Shown: positions 40,402 to 56,644, counted from the stretch's first letter. The stretch: DNA of 64,000 nucleotides from Octopus vulgaris (GCA_951406725.2 OX597816.1:106330001-106394000); one strand, 5' to 3'. A program made the numbers and translations. The notes: generated by a model from the letters alone, not told the origin.

Positions 40402-41774
40402 AACATAACTAGCGGCGGTTGCTATAAATGTGTTCCGATCCAAAGTAAGGCAGTTATAAATATATATCTTGAGAAAAGATCGAATTTTAAATTTCTTCCA
40501 TCTCTTTTTCTCTAACACTAAATTGGTACTTGCGCACACGCGCGAATCCGCGTGTGCGCAACCGGGACCACTCTGCTATACAAGTACCCACTAAATTTTT
40601 AATAAAATAACTAACAGTAATTACTGCTGTCAAGTATATTTGATCACACACGTGCGTGTGCACACATAGATATGCATGTACACACACACACACATATGCG
40701 CACACATAGATATGCATGTGTACACATACACACAGATATGCAAGTCTACGCTTGCGTCCGCACACACACACATGCACGCACGTGCATACACACACACACA
40801 CACATGGCAATTTGCACTATCTGTTGTCAATCGGTTAAGATGTTTGGCATCTCTCACAACATCTTCATGTTTTGGCAATAAAATGACCCTTACCAAAGAT
40901 AAAACACCAGTAGAATTATTATTTTTGTGTGTATCTTGCAAGAACTAGTTTTGATAGTTGAGAAACTTTGTATTTGTGATATATTTTATATTTTCAAGAA
41001 GGGGAATTTCTACACATTGATTTCAGAATGTCTCCAATAGCATCAGATTCGATCACGACCAAATCTGATGTTTTCAAGCAGTTGTCACAAAAAAAAAAAG
41101 AGATAATGCCATCAGTGTAATAAAAAAAAAATGTCATTAAGTTCTGTTAGATAAAAGTAAAAAATGAAATATGTACTTCAAAACAGATTTTATACTCCTC
41201 CGAAAACAGGTATTATAACGTAAAAATGTCAATTGATACAAAATAATAGCAACATTTTTGTAACATAACTGCAAAAAAAATTAAGAGAATAAAATAAGTG
41301 TTCAGGAGTTCAGTTTGGTGTGTTCAAGTAAGATACAGTTTATAATAAATCAACAATACACTGAAATGAAAATACCGCTGAATTCATTAAAATGTATGTC
41401 TGTAAATTAGCATTTTACTGTGAAGTGCATTGTTGTTTCTCCATTCAGATTTCTGATTGAGACTAGGTCTGCATTCACGTATGGAGACCGATTCAGTAAC
41501 CTGTCTAAGTGTTGCATCATAAGAAAAGTAGCTTTCATTTCTCGTTAACATATTCCAGTATTCACTGAATTGCTCGTTAATATTTGAGCAGTCTAGAGTC
41601 ATTACCACGCTGGGAAAAATGCTTAGCGGCATTCTGCCCGTCTTTCCATTCTGGGTTCAATTTCTGCTGAGGTTAACTTTGCCATTCATCCTTTTGAGAT
41701 TGATAAAATAAGTACCAGTTGAATCCAGGAGTCGATCTAATTGACTTATCCTCTCTCCCAAAACCAGCAAAGCT

Positions 41775-41980
41775 GTGTTAATCGTCAAGGTAGAACACAT
41801 ACACAGAACATTGAGCAGTCATGGCTAGAAGCTAAAATTCATCTCCTCAAAAAAAATGATTGGTGTTCCATTGCAAACATTTCAATTTCATTTAGATTTC
41901 ATTTGTTGGAAGATTTTAAGATCAAATGAGCAAAATCTCTTTATTGCATTTAAAATTGATATCCGTGCTGTTTCAAATAG
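41775..41980 (+). mobile_element. Merlin/ISXO2-type transposase C-terminal fragment
   Basis: HTQNIEQSWLEAK motif. Confidence 0.55.
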
Positions 41981-44085
41981 TCACAGTATTCATGTTTCTA
42001 GTATGAAATAGAAATCAATAACAAATGTTTAACTCACTCCTCTAATTATAATTGTAAATTTATAACACAATTTTGAATGTAGATCACAAGCTAATCAGCC
42101 ATTATTGTTTTGTTGTCTTACAATTGCAGTCACACACAAAATGACAGCTTCCAAATCCTGCTTTCTAACTGGGTAAAAATTATCAAAGTTTGAACTACTG
42201 TAACTTTTTTTTATTTTTCAATTTCTGGAACAAGTAAATTAGACCTTGAGATTCAGTATGACAAACTACATCAATACACCAAATTTGAAAATTTTCACTT
42301 AATTTTAAAATTTCAAAATGTGCAGCCAAACAAAAAAGATCTTTTCTTGTTTTTATGTTTTTCTTTTTTGTTTCAATCATTAGACTGTGGCCATGCTGGG
42401 GCACCACCTTGAAGAATTTTAGTCGAACAAATCAAGCCTAGTACTTGTTGCTGTTTTTCGTAAAGCCTGGTACTTATTCTATTGGTCTCTTTTGCCCAAC
42501 CACTAAGTTGCGAAGACATAAACACACCAACACCAGTTGTCAAATGGTGACGGGGGGACAAACACACACACACACATATGTACAATGAGCTTCTTTCAGT
42601 TTCCATCAACTAAATCCATTCACAAGGCTTTGGTCAGCCTGTAGCTATAGTAGAAGACACTTTCCCAAGATGCCACACAGTGGGACTGAACCCGGAACCA
42701 TGTGATTGGAAAGCAAACCTCTTACCATGCAACCACGCTTTGTGGTCTTTATGTTCTGAGTTTAAATTCTGTCGAAGTTGACTTTGCCTTTCATCCCTTT
42801 CAGGGTCGATAGAATAAGTACCAGCTGAGTACTATGTTTGATGTAATCGATTATCCCCCTCCCCCCAAATTTTTGTTGTAGAAAGAATTTTTAAATGACT
42901 CTTCTACAATATAGCTTCTTCAGTTTCAACACACAGTCCCAGAACAAGTCACTTGCTAGACAAGTATAAGTCCAGAATTAAGAACCTACTACTAGATAGG
43001 GGACTCTGAAAGGGGTCTCAGAGAGTAGCGTCCCTGCCTTCCTGAGCTAGTTTTCCACCACATTTCTTAAAAATCGTGGTAGAATCCTTGGTCTCAGGAC
43101 CACTCATATCTAGAAACTGAGGTTGGGGGTAAGCAAGGGGATACTCCCCATAGAAAATCCAGCCCCCAAAAAGCCTCATGATAGCAAAGGAGAATGGACA
43201 CCAGCCAGCCCAAAGTTTGGGGTGGGCTTCACCTGCCTGCCTCAGTTACTATGGCATTGAAGTAGATCCAACCACCCCTGTTAATGGGGACAAACTCGGA
43301 TTCAAAACACTGGATGATGATGAATACAAGTAGTTAATCACGATTAGTCAAAAATGGTGTTAAACTAGTCTCTGAAGCCTGTTTGAAAACCCAAGAGATC
43401 ATCTAATGTAAAAAAAAAAGTTTAATGTATGTGTGTGTGTAGCAGAACTATTTGGTAGAATCTTAAACATTAACTTATTGCCTAAGAATTGAACCTGGAT
43501 TGCTGTTTTCGACAGATCACTACTTTGTTAGAGATTGATGATGTCAATAAATAAATTACCAGTGAAATCTCTTGTAGAAATTACTGTATCAACATGAACA
43601 CAATCTGCTCAATAATTCATGACATCAGCAAAGAACTGACCACTTGAATCTCTGGTAGAAGCAGGATATCATTAGCAGTTTATTTTGGGTGTCCTTTTCT
43701 CGTGGTAGAACCTTTAACTATAAATAGAACTGTCAGTGGTAGCTCACATCTTAAGCCAGTCAGCTGCTAGAACAGACGCCACTCAAAACTACTGTTTATC
43801 TCAACATGCAACACCCTCACAAAATGTTGAGTTATTTAACTTGGCATAAGCATTTTCTTTTTGTTGTTGGTCATAATGACAATTCATTGTTTTGTTCAAT
43901 GACAAATATTTTTGTATTTAAAATTTTACACGGACTTCTTGTTCTTGCATTCATATCTCAACTCAATCAAATCATTACACTGGCGACAACCGAATCAGAA
44001 ATATTCTTATCATTACACACACACACACACATTAAAGGTTTGGTAGAACAAATAGGAGAAACAAAACTCAATATATGAGTATATA

Positions 44086-45391
44086 TTGGGTCATCCTATA
44101 AATAATGCATCATTTATACTTTTATTTTTTAAAATTAAGATAAACAAAGTTCTTTTTTAATCTAAAATATACTCTCCTTCATTTTCTACAATGCTCTTCC
44201 ATCTATGTAGTAGACATGCAAGGCCCCTCTTCCAAAATTCACTTTTCCACAACAAAAAATACTCCCCCACTACTGTTCTGACCTCGTCTACAGAATTCAT
44301 ATTTTTTGCATCCAAATGATTTTGAAAACTGCGGAATAAATGATAATCAGATGGGGCAATGTCCGGTGGATATGGTGGGTGGGGCATCATTCCTCATTCA
44401 AACTGCTCTAGCCTTTGGAATGTCATCCTTGCTATATGTGCCCAAGCATTATCCTGATGGAAGAACACCTTTCGTCTTGAAACCAAATATGGTCGTTTTT
44501 CTTCCAGCACTGACTTAAGCCACTAAAATTGCTCACAGTATATCTCCTTTGTTATTGTTTAGTTTGAGTTTAAAAGTTCAAAATGGACTAAACCTCTCCA
44601 ATCCCACCAAACAGATAACAACACCTTACTTGGGTGAAAACCTTCTTTAGCCTAGAGTGCAGGTGTTTCTCCTTATCCAACCCACTATCTTTGGCACTTG
44701 AAATTTTTACATAGAACTTATTTCTCATCACCAGTCACTATTCGATCCAAAAAAAGGTTAATTTGTGAGACATGACAGCAAAGAAGAGCACGCATTCACT
44801 CCCTGCGCGTGATTAGACTCGGTAAGTTTGAGAAATCCATTGACCCAATTTGCTGACTTTTCTAATGGTACACAGATGTCATTGAATGGTTGAATGACTA
44901 AATCCAAGCTTCTCTGCTAGTTCCTCAACAGTTACGATGGGATTTTGTTCCAATAGGGTTTACAAGACATTCTCATCGAGCTCTACAGATCTTCCACAGG
45001 ACAAGACTCATCTTCTAGGCTGTAGTTTCTGGCTTGGAATTTCTGGAACCACAGTTGACACTGGCTTACACTTATTGTCCATATACTGCATATATATCCC
45101 CATATACTGCATTAATATTCCTCGCACTTTCCATTACGTTGTTGCCTTTATTGAACTCATAAAGCAAAATATGCCGAATATACTCCTTTGTCACTTCCAT
45201 TTTTTCACTTCCTTTGAAAAAATAACTGTTAAAATCGAACTGCATTCTTCAAAATTTGCACTAAGAATAAATACAAGGAAAAAAATTTCTACCTGCTTTT
45301 ATAGCAAGTTGATGCAGGTAGTTTATCCCATACCCCTCTGACTTTTAGTTCATGTAATTGAAAATACTAGATTGTTTATGGGATGACCCAA
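44086..45391 (-). mobile_element. Second, more decayed full-length mariner element
   Basis: TIRs TTGGGTCATCC(T/C)ATAAA; HPPYPPDIAPSDYHLFRS and RWKSIVENEGEYILD; multiple frameshifts. Confidence 0.9.
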
Positions 45392-45864
45392 CACATTTTT
45401 AGCTTTTATTTATATTTTTAAGTCCCATACACAAAATTCTCAGCTTTTGAGTTACTTTTGCAACTTTTAGCTGATTTAAAATTATAGATAAAAACGTAGA
45501 GAGGTGGGGGAGAAGGGAGAAAGATGATATGTAGGTAAGTAAGTAGGTAGGGAGGGAGAGAGGTAGGTAGGTAGGAAGGTAGGTAGGTAGATAGGTAAGT
45601 AGGTACATACATACTTACCTATACTCACACATATACACACATATAATGATCACATGCAAGTGAGTACCACCTGCTTCATTGAGGAGGTCTAATAAGACAG
45701 AAACATGTTTGCTTTTTTTCACCAGTTGCTTTAAAGACTAGATCTACTCCCAAACTGCATTTTCAATATTTTTCAGTTTCAATGAGTTAATTATATTGGA
45801 GTTACCTCCCTTAGCTACCTTTTATTATGGGTTTAGATTTTAAACAATTCAAGAGGGAGTTCAC

Positions 45865-46650
45865 ATGAGTGGGCTGAAAGGTTCTTAGGCTGATTATGAA
45901 AGAGTGATGCTAGAGCTGTGAAATATTGCATGCATTAATTTCAACTAATCTTATTAATAACTGCATTGTTTCTTTCCAGGTAAACTTACATCTGACTGTT
46001 CAAATAAAACTTCAAAAATAACTAGTAATGACTTCTCTTGAAAGTACTGACATGGTTACTACATTATGGGATGACACTCCAGCTTTATCAACAGTGCAAA
46101 TGTGGGCTGCTGAATTTAGGAGGGGAACAGAGTCTTGAAGATGATACAAAAGAATGTGTGGGTTAAGACTACACACCTTCATTGGTCAGTTAAAGTTGAG
46201 ACAGTGTCACGTGACAACCTGCTGGGGCTGCCTGCTGGAGCCTAGCGGCAGATATTTAAAGGGAAATTTGACTAGACAGTCCGTCACCTGCTGACACTTG
46301 TTGCCGCTACATCGAAGAAGCCAGGGAACAGAAGAAAGAAGAGGAAAGAAGACATGCACCCAACACCAGAGCTGAAGACACCTCCAAAAGCGGGGGCAGG
46401 GGGGGACTCCACATCAGAACAGTAGAGGAGTAGGAGCCGAAACCAGACATGGTTCCTCCTGGTGATGTCTTGAGCTAACTGGATCTTATAAAGGAGCTGT
46501 TGTGGTAGTAGACCGTGAAACAGTTGAAATTCCTGGGTGCCTTGAAATTGTCATCACCATGATGATGGATGACAGGCGACTGACAACAAATCAAATAGCC
46601 TATGCTATTAGCATATCCCATGAGAGAATAGAGAATATTCTGAATAATGA
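45865..46650 (+). mobile_element. Mariner 5' fragment interrupted by a ~400-bp GC-richer, possibly LTR-derived insertion (~46150-46545)
   Basis: TPALSTVQMWAAEFRRG before the insertion and DRRLTTNQIAYAISISHERIENIL after it. Confidence 0.6.
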
Positions 46651-47114
46651 AGGTAGGTAGGTAGGCAGGCAGGCAGGAAGGAAGGAAGGAAGGAAACCAG
46701 ACATGCAGGCAGGTTAAGTAGACAGGAAGGTTGGCAAGTAGACAAATGAACTTCATAAAAATCTAGTTGAATGATACTACAATGAGTATCCCCAAAAGGA
46801 CAAATGTTCCTTTCAAGCTTGTCAAGAGATTGTAAGGTGATAGAATTATCAAAACACAAAGGTGAAGTGGAACCTAATTCACAACTGAGTAGTCCTGATA
46901 ATGAATAATTATAAATCATCTAGAATAATGAGGATATTCACTTCAAGGAACATAAAGAACAGCATCAAGAAAGATATTAGGAAACAAGAAAAAAAAAAAC
47001 AGGTGAAGGTGAAAGAAAAGTTAGTTAAATAATGAAATATATTAATGGGGGAAGAGATGGAAGAGAGGTAAAGGCAGAAAAATGGATGGAAAGCTGTGGA
47101 AAAAATGTCAATGA

Positions 47115-48070
<956 letters not shown>

Positions 48071-50499
48071 AATAGACTGAGAAAGAACGTAGGGAAAAAA
48101 CAAATAGCAAACCAAGAAAACTGGGTGTGAAACTGCTTAAGGTATTTTTTTTAAAAAGTGTGTTCAAAGAAAAGAGGGGGAGAAACTACTGTGTGAGATA
48201 ACTAGCAATGCAGTTTTCAAAAATGAAGTGGGAAGAAGAGGAGAGGAGAAGGATGTAGTAGTGATTTTACCCTTTCTTTTAATACTGTAAAAATGTGCAG
48301 TATTAAATGAAGAAGGAAGATATCAAATATAGGGTATTGCTCCTACATCTAGGTTGGTGCTGCTGTTGCACATAGAGATCCTGGACTGCATTCAGAGAAG
48401 GGCCACTTGACTGATTGGCATTCAGTCACCAACAGACACACTCCAGCTTCAGGCCCACAAGGATATTGTCCTCTCTTTCTGTAATTTCTTTTGCTACTAT
48501 AATGGCCTCTAGTCCTCAGATCTGGCTTTCAAATTGAATAAAAAATATTTTCACTTTCACTTGATCTTACTTATGCTTGAATTAGCTATACATCATTTAT
48601 ACAATTTAATAAGAAATTATATAACTAATGTTGAATTGTAATCCATATCAACATGCATTGGACACCAAACTGCTATAGATGTAAAGGAAAGAAAATTTAC
48701 TTTATACATGGAAGGTAATTTTTCAAGAGAAAGATAAAAGTATTTTATTGCACAGAAAATGCCTTCATTAAGAACAGTTCTGAGCCATTAACTGCATAAT
48801 CCCAGAAAACTGGACAAACATTTCTATTCTCAGCAAGGTATTTCAATTGAGACAAATTTGAAATGCATGTGAGACCCAAGTTACTTACATGAAAAAATTG
48901 AAGTGATTTCAACCACAGTATATCCACTAGGTATCTGATGGCAAATGCAATGTATGTAAGTGATATTGCAGTCCCCAAATGCAGTCAGTCTACTAGTAGA
49001 GTATCTTATTGCTTCAGCACCAGTTAAAATTGAGTGGTCAAGATGGACGATGACTGGATTCTTAGCCCAAGGTAAAAAAAAAAAAATCAGTGCACAAACT
49101 GAAATTAAGTTATAAGAGCTGCATCAAGAATATGCTAAAGAAGGTCAAAGTCTTGGAAAATGTATGGGAAACCTGGCCCTAGATTCTTCTTCATGAAAGA
49201 AAACAGTGTATGATGGAAGAATGAAATTTGAACAAAATTGTATCAAACATGAACAGCTCAAGAGAGATGTTCATAAGGGTTGTAGTGTAAATACATAAGG
49301 TGGGGTGGGGCACAACGAGTAATATTTATTGCATTTTTAACTTATAGGAAAAATATGTTTCACAAATTCACTTACGAAAACTATATCAGCTAGGCAAATT
49401 ACTTTCCCTGAATGCATTAAAAACACAATAACTTATTCGCTATTTCAGAAAATTATCTCCATTCTCTTTGAGTATACAAAAGACATTTAGGTAGGATGAA
49501 GGAGTAAGATGAAGGAAGGTAAATTTGTTTCTTCACTTTGAAACCTCTCAACTTCAACAACAACTATGCTGACCAATTTTAACTCCCAATGATGATGCAA
49601 CAATACAAAATCATCATCGTTTAACGTCCGTTTTCCGCACTAGCACGGGTTGGATGGTTCGACCAGGGTCTGGGAAGCCAGGGGCTGCACCAGGCTCCAG
49701 TCTGATCTGGCAGTGTTTCAACAGCTGGATGCCCTTCCTAACGCCAACCACACCGCAAGTGTAGTGGGTGCTTTTTACGTGCCACTTGCACAGGTGCCAG
49801 GGGAGTCTGGCATTGGCCACGATCGGTTGGTGCTTTTAACGTGCCACGACGCAATATTTGCAATAGTAATAATTTCAAACAGATAAGGAAAATGTGATAA
49901 GGAAATAAAAAATTACTCAGTCAGTTTTTCAGCCACGTCCATTGACTGCTAATTGACTTATCCAATTCTGCAAGGTTATCAGCATGGAACCAGTCATTAA
50001 CATAAGTCAGCTATTATGAGACTATATTTATTTATTTATTTATTATTTATTGTTTGTTTGTTTGTTTGTTTGTTTGTTTGTTTGTATGTATGTATGTATG
50101 TATGTTTGTATGTCTGTCTGTCTGTCTGTCTGCCTGTCTGTCTGTCTGTCTGTATGTATGTATGTATGTATGTATGTATGTATGTATGAATACTGAAGCC
50201 CATGGTGGGTTGTGCCTGAATTCTGAAAGGTATAGCCTTATAATACACTAGACCATGCTGATTCTGCCTGAGAATAATGTTAAGTGAATATGTTTGTGAA
50301 ATACTCAGCCACTTACACTTTAATGCAGGAACAGGTAATTCGGTTACATGAATAAATGAAGCCTTATCGTCAAACTCTGGAGATACTATACATACATAAA
50401 TACACACACGCACACACACATATTCATACAAGAAGTTTGTTTCTCAACCACATGGACCCATAAATATTTTTTTTAATATTAGACATGGTGGAAAATTGA

Positions 50500-51700
50500 T
50501 TTTCTACCATGTTTTATAATAATAATGATGAGAAAGTCATAAAAATTAAGAATTTCTATTTAAAAAACTTCATTTCTGTGTTATGTATATTCATGTCCCA
50601 AGGTTAGGCAAATTTCATAGAATAAGGCAATGTAGGCCTTAAGGTTAGGCAAATTGCAATATGTAATTAGAGTTTAGGTTTAGGGTTTAGGCTTAGGGTT
50701 AAGGTTTTAGGGTGGAATGATATTGCAGAAGTTTAAAATTAATATTCTTATCTATCTGTGTGGCTTGTAAAGTTCACCAGTATTCTGCATGAATGCTTCG
50801 AACAGATCTACCCCCTTGTGCACATACTTCCACATATATTCACACAGATGGTTGGTGAGGTTTGTATGTGCGTCTCACTCATTTGGCAATTGATCTGCTG
50901 GAAACTAGAAGCTTCAAGACTATTGTATAATTGGTTCCAGTGTGGCCCTATCCCACTTGTTATTTGGCAATGCAACAAGAAAAGTTTCCCGGGTTTCATG
51001 ACATACACCTCTAAATACCAACTGTCCTTCCACAAATCTCCTGAAATTGTACTTTGTTTTGTCGAATTTCGATTTGTCGATTTCAGCTATAAATCAGGGC
51101 CTCCAATGGGTTGGTCCATGTGCAGTTTTGTCTCCACTGACCACTGACAGACTTCACGACAGTATGAAAAATAATCTGATATGGTTTCCGTGGATGTTGT
51201 TAACACGTCATTATCAGAGTCACTGTCCGCTGATGCACAGTTTGCTTATACAGCAACTTATGAATAAAATAGTAAACCAATAGCAAACTCTTTCGATGAG
51301 ACAAATTGCTATGTCTAAACCAAGTTCCTTTACGAAGTGGTATTTGGTTCTTCACTTTCTCCTTACAAGTTCTCTTGTTGCACTGAAATCTGCGCTCTGC
51401 ATGAGATCTTCTGGCATGCTTCACTTTGTAGATTTTGTTCAGCTTAATTTTACAAGATGGGCAACACATTTGGTTGGCAATGATTTCAAGTTCCTGGCAA
51501 TGATTAACCGTTGACTCTTCATCAGATATTTTGAGGGAAAGTCTATACAGGTTTATGCCATGCTTTTTCTCTTGTCTCCGCAATGTTGTCGAAGCCATAG
51601 ACATAGAGGGTTGCTCATAATCTGACATCTTGGAGCGAACTGAGAACGCACATGTTGATGGCATGCATATTTATATTTTATGAGAGAAGTAGTCTGCTGC
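50500..51700 (-). mobile_element. Merlin (IS1016/ISXO2-like) DNA transposon with a degenerate transposase
   Basis: N-terminal CPSC...FQCNKRTC, LRKGTWF, an IGGP..EIDKSKF (VEIDES-like) segment and GQLVFRGVCHETRETFLV; TTAGGG-like subterminal repeats at ~50670. Confidence 0.75.
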
Positions 51701-52218
51701 CATCTACAGCCTGTACTGTGCAAAATAGTATTCTAACATATTTCAATCATTAAAAACACAATTTTATGGTGGGGTACAAAAGGAAGTCTTTCCTCCAGGT
51801 TCAACCCTACTGTATGGCACAGTGAGCAAGTGCCTTCTACTACAGGGCTGGTCCGACCAAAGTTTCGTGAGTGAATTTGGTACATGGAAACTAAAAGAAG
51901 CCTATCAGACAGACACACACACACACACATACAGAAAGAGAGAAAGAAAAGAATCTGTGTGTGTGTTTGTGTTTGTTCTCAACCGTCCATACACACACAT
52001 ACACACACACACGCACACATACACACACTGCTTCACAACCAGTGTCTATTCATTTACGTAACTGGGTGATTCGGCATTAGATAGATATTGATAAAATAAG
52101 TAACATGCTTTAAAAAAAATGTACTGGAGTCGATTTGTTCGACTAAACACTTTAAGGTGGTACCCTTGTATGACTGCAGTCCAATGACTGAAACAAGTGT
52201 AATATAATATACTATGAT

Positions 52219-52291
<73 letters not shown>

Positions 52292-52599
52292 ACAGAATTG
52301 ATTTTATGTTTGAAATATGACTTTTCCCTTTTTGTTCCTTTTCAGAACCAAACTCCTTTGTTCATCTCAAGTGTACCATGCCTCCTTGGCACTGTCTGTA
52401 TGACGCTATGCCAAGTAATTCTTATCAAACAACTTTTTTTTCCTTTATCACTTATTCAAGAGGTTAGAGATCTATGTTGCTGATCTTGTCTAGGCAGAAG
52501 ATATGGAAGATTTATCTAAGCTAAAACAGCTATTTATGAAAGCCTGCATCCTCCTAAATGTGGGCTTCTTGCGCTTCAATACCCTGCTATAAAGTAGAA

Positions 52600-52920
52600 C
52601 TTTCTTTACGTTTAAGTTAAACAGTCCGAATTTTGTGGGTAAAGTCTGGAGCTCCAGATGGTCTTTAACGGAGGAAAGCTGGGTTGCTTTTCTTAATTCT
52701 AATAATTGGCAATGTTGCAGCTCATGTATGCAAAGGCTTTCACTTCTTCAAGTGCTGCACCATCCAGTTTAATGGTCCTGTGTTTATCTTCCACGAGTTT
52801 TATCTTTCCTCGGGGAATATGTAACCCAAGTTATCTCCAATATAGCCATCTTCTTCTGAATCTTTTGATGACTAAAATGACAATGCTTGGTCGTCAACAA
52901 ATCCAGGTCTTCCGGTTGCG
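52600..52920 (-). mobile_element. Decayed RTE-clade RT fragment
   Basis: EDLD...DD-like segment and IKLDGAALEEVKAFAYM on the minus strand. Confidence 0.5.
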
Positions 52921-54260
52921 TTAGAGATGTCCCAACCGTCTTTTCTTGTGTAACACTACTCCTCCAATTCTTCTTTTAGTCAAGCGTTTATTGTAATAAT
53001 TTAATGTTGCAGGCAAAACAAAAGGCAATTTTGATCTCAGAACAGAAACATCTAAAAATATTGTAAAGCATTCCGTTTGCAAATCTCAGGAATTTGTATT
53101 AACATTCTTTCTACTACATGCACAAGGCTTAAATTTTGGGAGGAGGTGACTAGTCCGATTACATCGACCTCAATGCTCATCTGGTACTTATTTTATTGAC
53201 CTGGAACGAATAAAATGCTAAGTCGACCTCGGCGGTATTTGAAATTGGAACATAAAGCTGGAAGAAATGCCGCTAAAGTATTTTATCTGGTGTGTAAAAG
53301 ATTCTACCAGCCAGCTGTCTTGGAATTTCTATTGATACAGATATCAGTTGTAAATTGGAATATAGAGTAATGATGGAAAGAGAGTTAAGTGAAATATGAC
53401 GAAAAAGAGAGGACGAAAAGCAACGATACAAGAAAGAGAAGGGCAAGTGGCGACGTTAAGTTGTGAAAGAAGAGAAAGAAATGAATTGAAAAAGAGAGAA
53501 GAGGAAAACAGGGGTGCATATGAAAAGAGGGACATCTTTAGATGCATAAGAGAGGAGAAAGAAAAGAAATGACGAGAGATCAGAGATGTGTAAGAAAAGG
53601 GCGAAGAGCAAAGATGTGTACAATGAGGAGAGGTGATGCTAAAGAAGAGATGCAAATGGAGAAAAAAGACGTAGAGAAGCAAATAAATAATTAAATGAAA
53701 ATGTTTAAAAAGAGAGGCAAAAGTAGAGATGTGAAAAAGTGCGATGAAGAAGAAGCATAGAAGCAAAAGGGTGAGAGAAAGGGATGGAGGGAGGAAGATG
53801 CGGAAAGGTAGAAGAAGAAGAAGAAGAAGAAGAAGAAGAAGAAGGTGAGGTGGAGATAACCGAATGAAGCGCAGCGACGCAAAGAAAAAAAAGCGGGGAG
53901 GAGCAGAAATACAAAAGATGGGACGATGTAGAAATACGAATGGATAGAGTGAGGTGTGAATATATTGGAAGCAATGAAGACAAACAATAAATGTGTGAAA
54001 AAGAGAGTGAGGCGGGAGGAGAAAAGACATTGCATTTAACGTTTACAATTCAGTGTCGATACGTCCTATATCGTCTGGTCATCTTAATTACAATTGTAGA
54101 CGACGGCGACGATGCTGATTATAAGGAGAAGGAGGAAGAGGGTGGTTGTAGGTGGTGACTGTCAGTAACAATACATCCATATTTGTAAACTATTCATTCA
54201 CAGACGACATCTATACATTTGTAACAAACATACAAATATGCATATATGCATACATACACA

Positions 54261-54308
<48 letters not shown>

Positions 54309-54681
54309 TATGTACACGCATACATGCATACATACATACATACATACATACATACATACATACATACATACATACATACATACATACATACATACATACA
54401 CACACACTTTCATAAATGCATGCCAATATACATATACAAATTTATTCATACGCACTTAAAAACATGAATGTTACATACAAGCACACGGTGATCTAATATT
54501 GCGCTCTTCGAAATGCATGCATAATAATCAAGAAGTATACTCACCTACTTGAAAACTTGAGGCTCTATAATCAAATAGCTGAACAATGTTTTCAGTCTGG
54601 CACCACCTTACTTTGGTCCGTCCCACAAAATTAAGCATTGCCCATGTAATGTCAGGGCGTGTTCACGAAGTGTTAGATATG

Positions 54682-54716
54682 TATAAAAGGAAACTGTTTG
54701 TATCAAGGATTCACAG
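54682..54716 (+). promoter_or_regulatory. TATA box and initiator of the Arg-rich secreted-protein gene
   Basis: TATAAAA at 54682-54688; Inr-like TTCACAG with its A at 54713, 31 nt after the first T of the TATA box. Confidence 0.6.
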
Positions 54717-54891
54717 GACAGCAAAGAGACTTATCAGTCAACGAAATATCAGCATAAACTGCAATTTGAAAATATTCCCATCGGTTCAAAAGAATTTAAC
54801 ACCAAACTTGGCGCACACAATTTTAAGTACGGACAAGCTGTCACCAACTGTGATAAAACAAGCATCCGCAACTCTTTGGACAGAGCTGCTA
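54713..54891 (+). other. Predicted non-coding exon 1 (5' UTR); intron 54892-58215
   Basis: No ATG in the interval; GTAAGT donor at 54892; long pyrimidine tract plus CAG acceptor at 58213-58215, 12 nt before the ATG. Confidence 0.55.
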
Positions 54892-56359
54892 GTAAGTTAT
54901 TCTTTTTCTCTACATACGTATTTTTCAAGTTCTTCCTTGTTATTTTAATCTTAAAATTGTGCCTGAAATATTTTTTATACGCGTCAGATTGAATTTCAAA
55001 TTTTGTAAGTAAATATTCGAAGTTTAATATACATTAATTAAATTTTAGAAAAATGTTGAGTTGCGCTTCCAGTTTGTTCTCTTCAGAAAGAAACTACACG
55101 AAAGATGAACAAGACGCATTCTGTATTTGCCAGTGTAAGCTAGAACACTAAATTTGGTTGATAAAGAATTTTTAATCATCAGTTACTTTGAAAGAAGTTA
55201 CGATTTTTTAATTTAAAATTTCCATTTCTTTAGGTCTGGCATAAAAACAAACTATTTAATGGGTAAAAAATGTTAAACCTGGTTGGTTTTCTTTTATTTC
55301 AACTGAATTTGTTCTTAAAGATGTTAAGGTTTTATCCTTCTTCCAATTCGGAATATCTATAATATAATAATAATAATATATATAAGTATAAGAGTATAAG
55401 GAAAATATTTCGGTTTCCCAGCTTTAAACGTATTAACGATTGAAGTATAGTTTTTATCGGTCATTCCGATTCTTGGTTGAAGTTGTTTTTACTTCATTTT
55501 TACTAATAATTATTTTTTGGAAAGATACAGCAACATTTCATTTCTTCTCTCAAATAACCGTACGCCTGGTCAAAAGTAATAGGTAGTTTGAACATATTTA
55601 TAATCTTAAATTTCCTCCTAATATTACAATCCCCTTGCAAAGTCGTTAGACAAAAGGACTATCAATATTTAGTCAGTTTTTTCTGTCCTGAATACAAATC
55701 CGGCTGTGATTAATTTTGCCTTTCATCATTCTGGTCATGACAAAACAAAGTACCATCAAGAACTGGAGCCGATCTAATCAACTATAACTTCATTAAATTA
55801 GTGGACTTGTGCCGTTGCTATATATCGGTACTATCTTTTCAAAGTTAAACATGGTCAACTGTTGTAAGTTCTCCTGCTTTGCAGTCTTAAAATAGTTGAT
55901 TCATGTTTCTATTGTGTAATAGCGGTTAATGGCAGAGGGGAAGATCAACTTTCACTTTCTTTTCCACCAATTTTTATTTCTTTTTAATCAAATACGCTAT
56001 TTTGGTTTGTTATTGTTATTATTGTTAAAGCAGGACTCGGCAGAACCTTTAGCACACCAGATAAAATGCTTAGTGGCATTTAGTCCATCTTTAACGTTCT
56101 GAGTTCAAATTCTGCCGAGGTGGACTATACCTTTCATCTTTTCAGAGTCAATAAAATAAGTACCAGTTGAGTACTGGAATCGATGTAATCGACTGCCCCT
56201 CCCCTCAAAATTGCTGGCTTTGTGCCATAATTAAAATAATTATAGTTTGATGTTGTTATTAAAAATATATTCTCACTCAAATACTGGAACGATTCAATCG
56301 ACTAACCCTCTCCTCCAAAATTTAGGTCGTTTGCCTGTGTAAGAATTTATTATTATTAT

Positions 56360-56398
<39 letters not shown>

Positions 56399-56644
56399 AA
56401 CTACTATCATTATAAGGCGACCTGGTAGAATCGTTAGCACACCGGATGAAATGATTAGCGGTATTTCGTCCGTCTTCAAGTTCTGAGTTCAAATCCCGCC
56501 AAGGTCGACTTTGCCTTTCATCCTTTCGGGGGTCGATAAATTAAGTAGCAATGAAACACTGGTGTCGATGTGATCCACTCACCCCTCCCCCAAAATGGCT
56601 GCCCTTATGGCAAATTTTGAAACCATTATTATTATTATTATTTT

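Noticed and set aside
53344-54035. 228-aa Phe/Leu/Ser-rich minus-strand ORF resembling a membrane protein
   Set aside because: Low-complexity polypurine tract; pyrimidine-rich strands lack stops in all frames.
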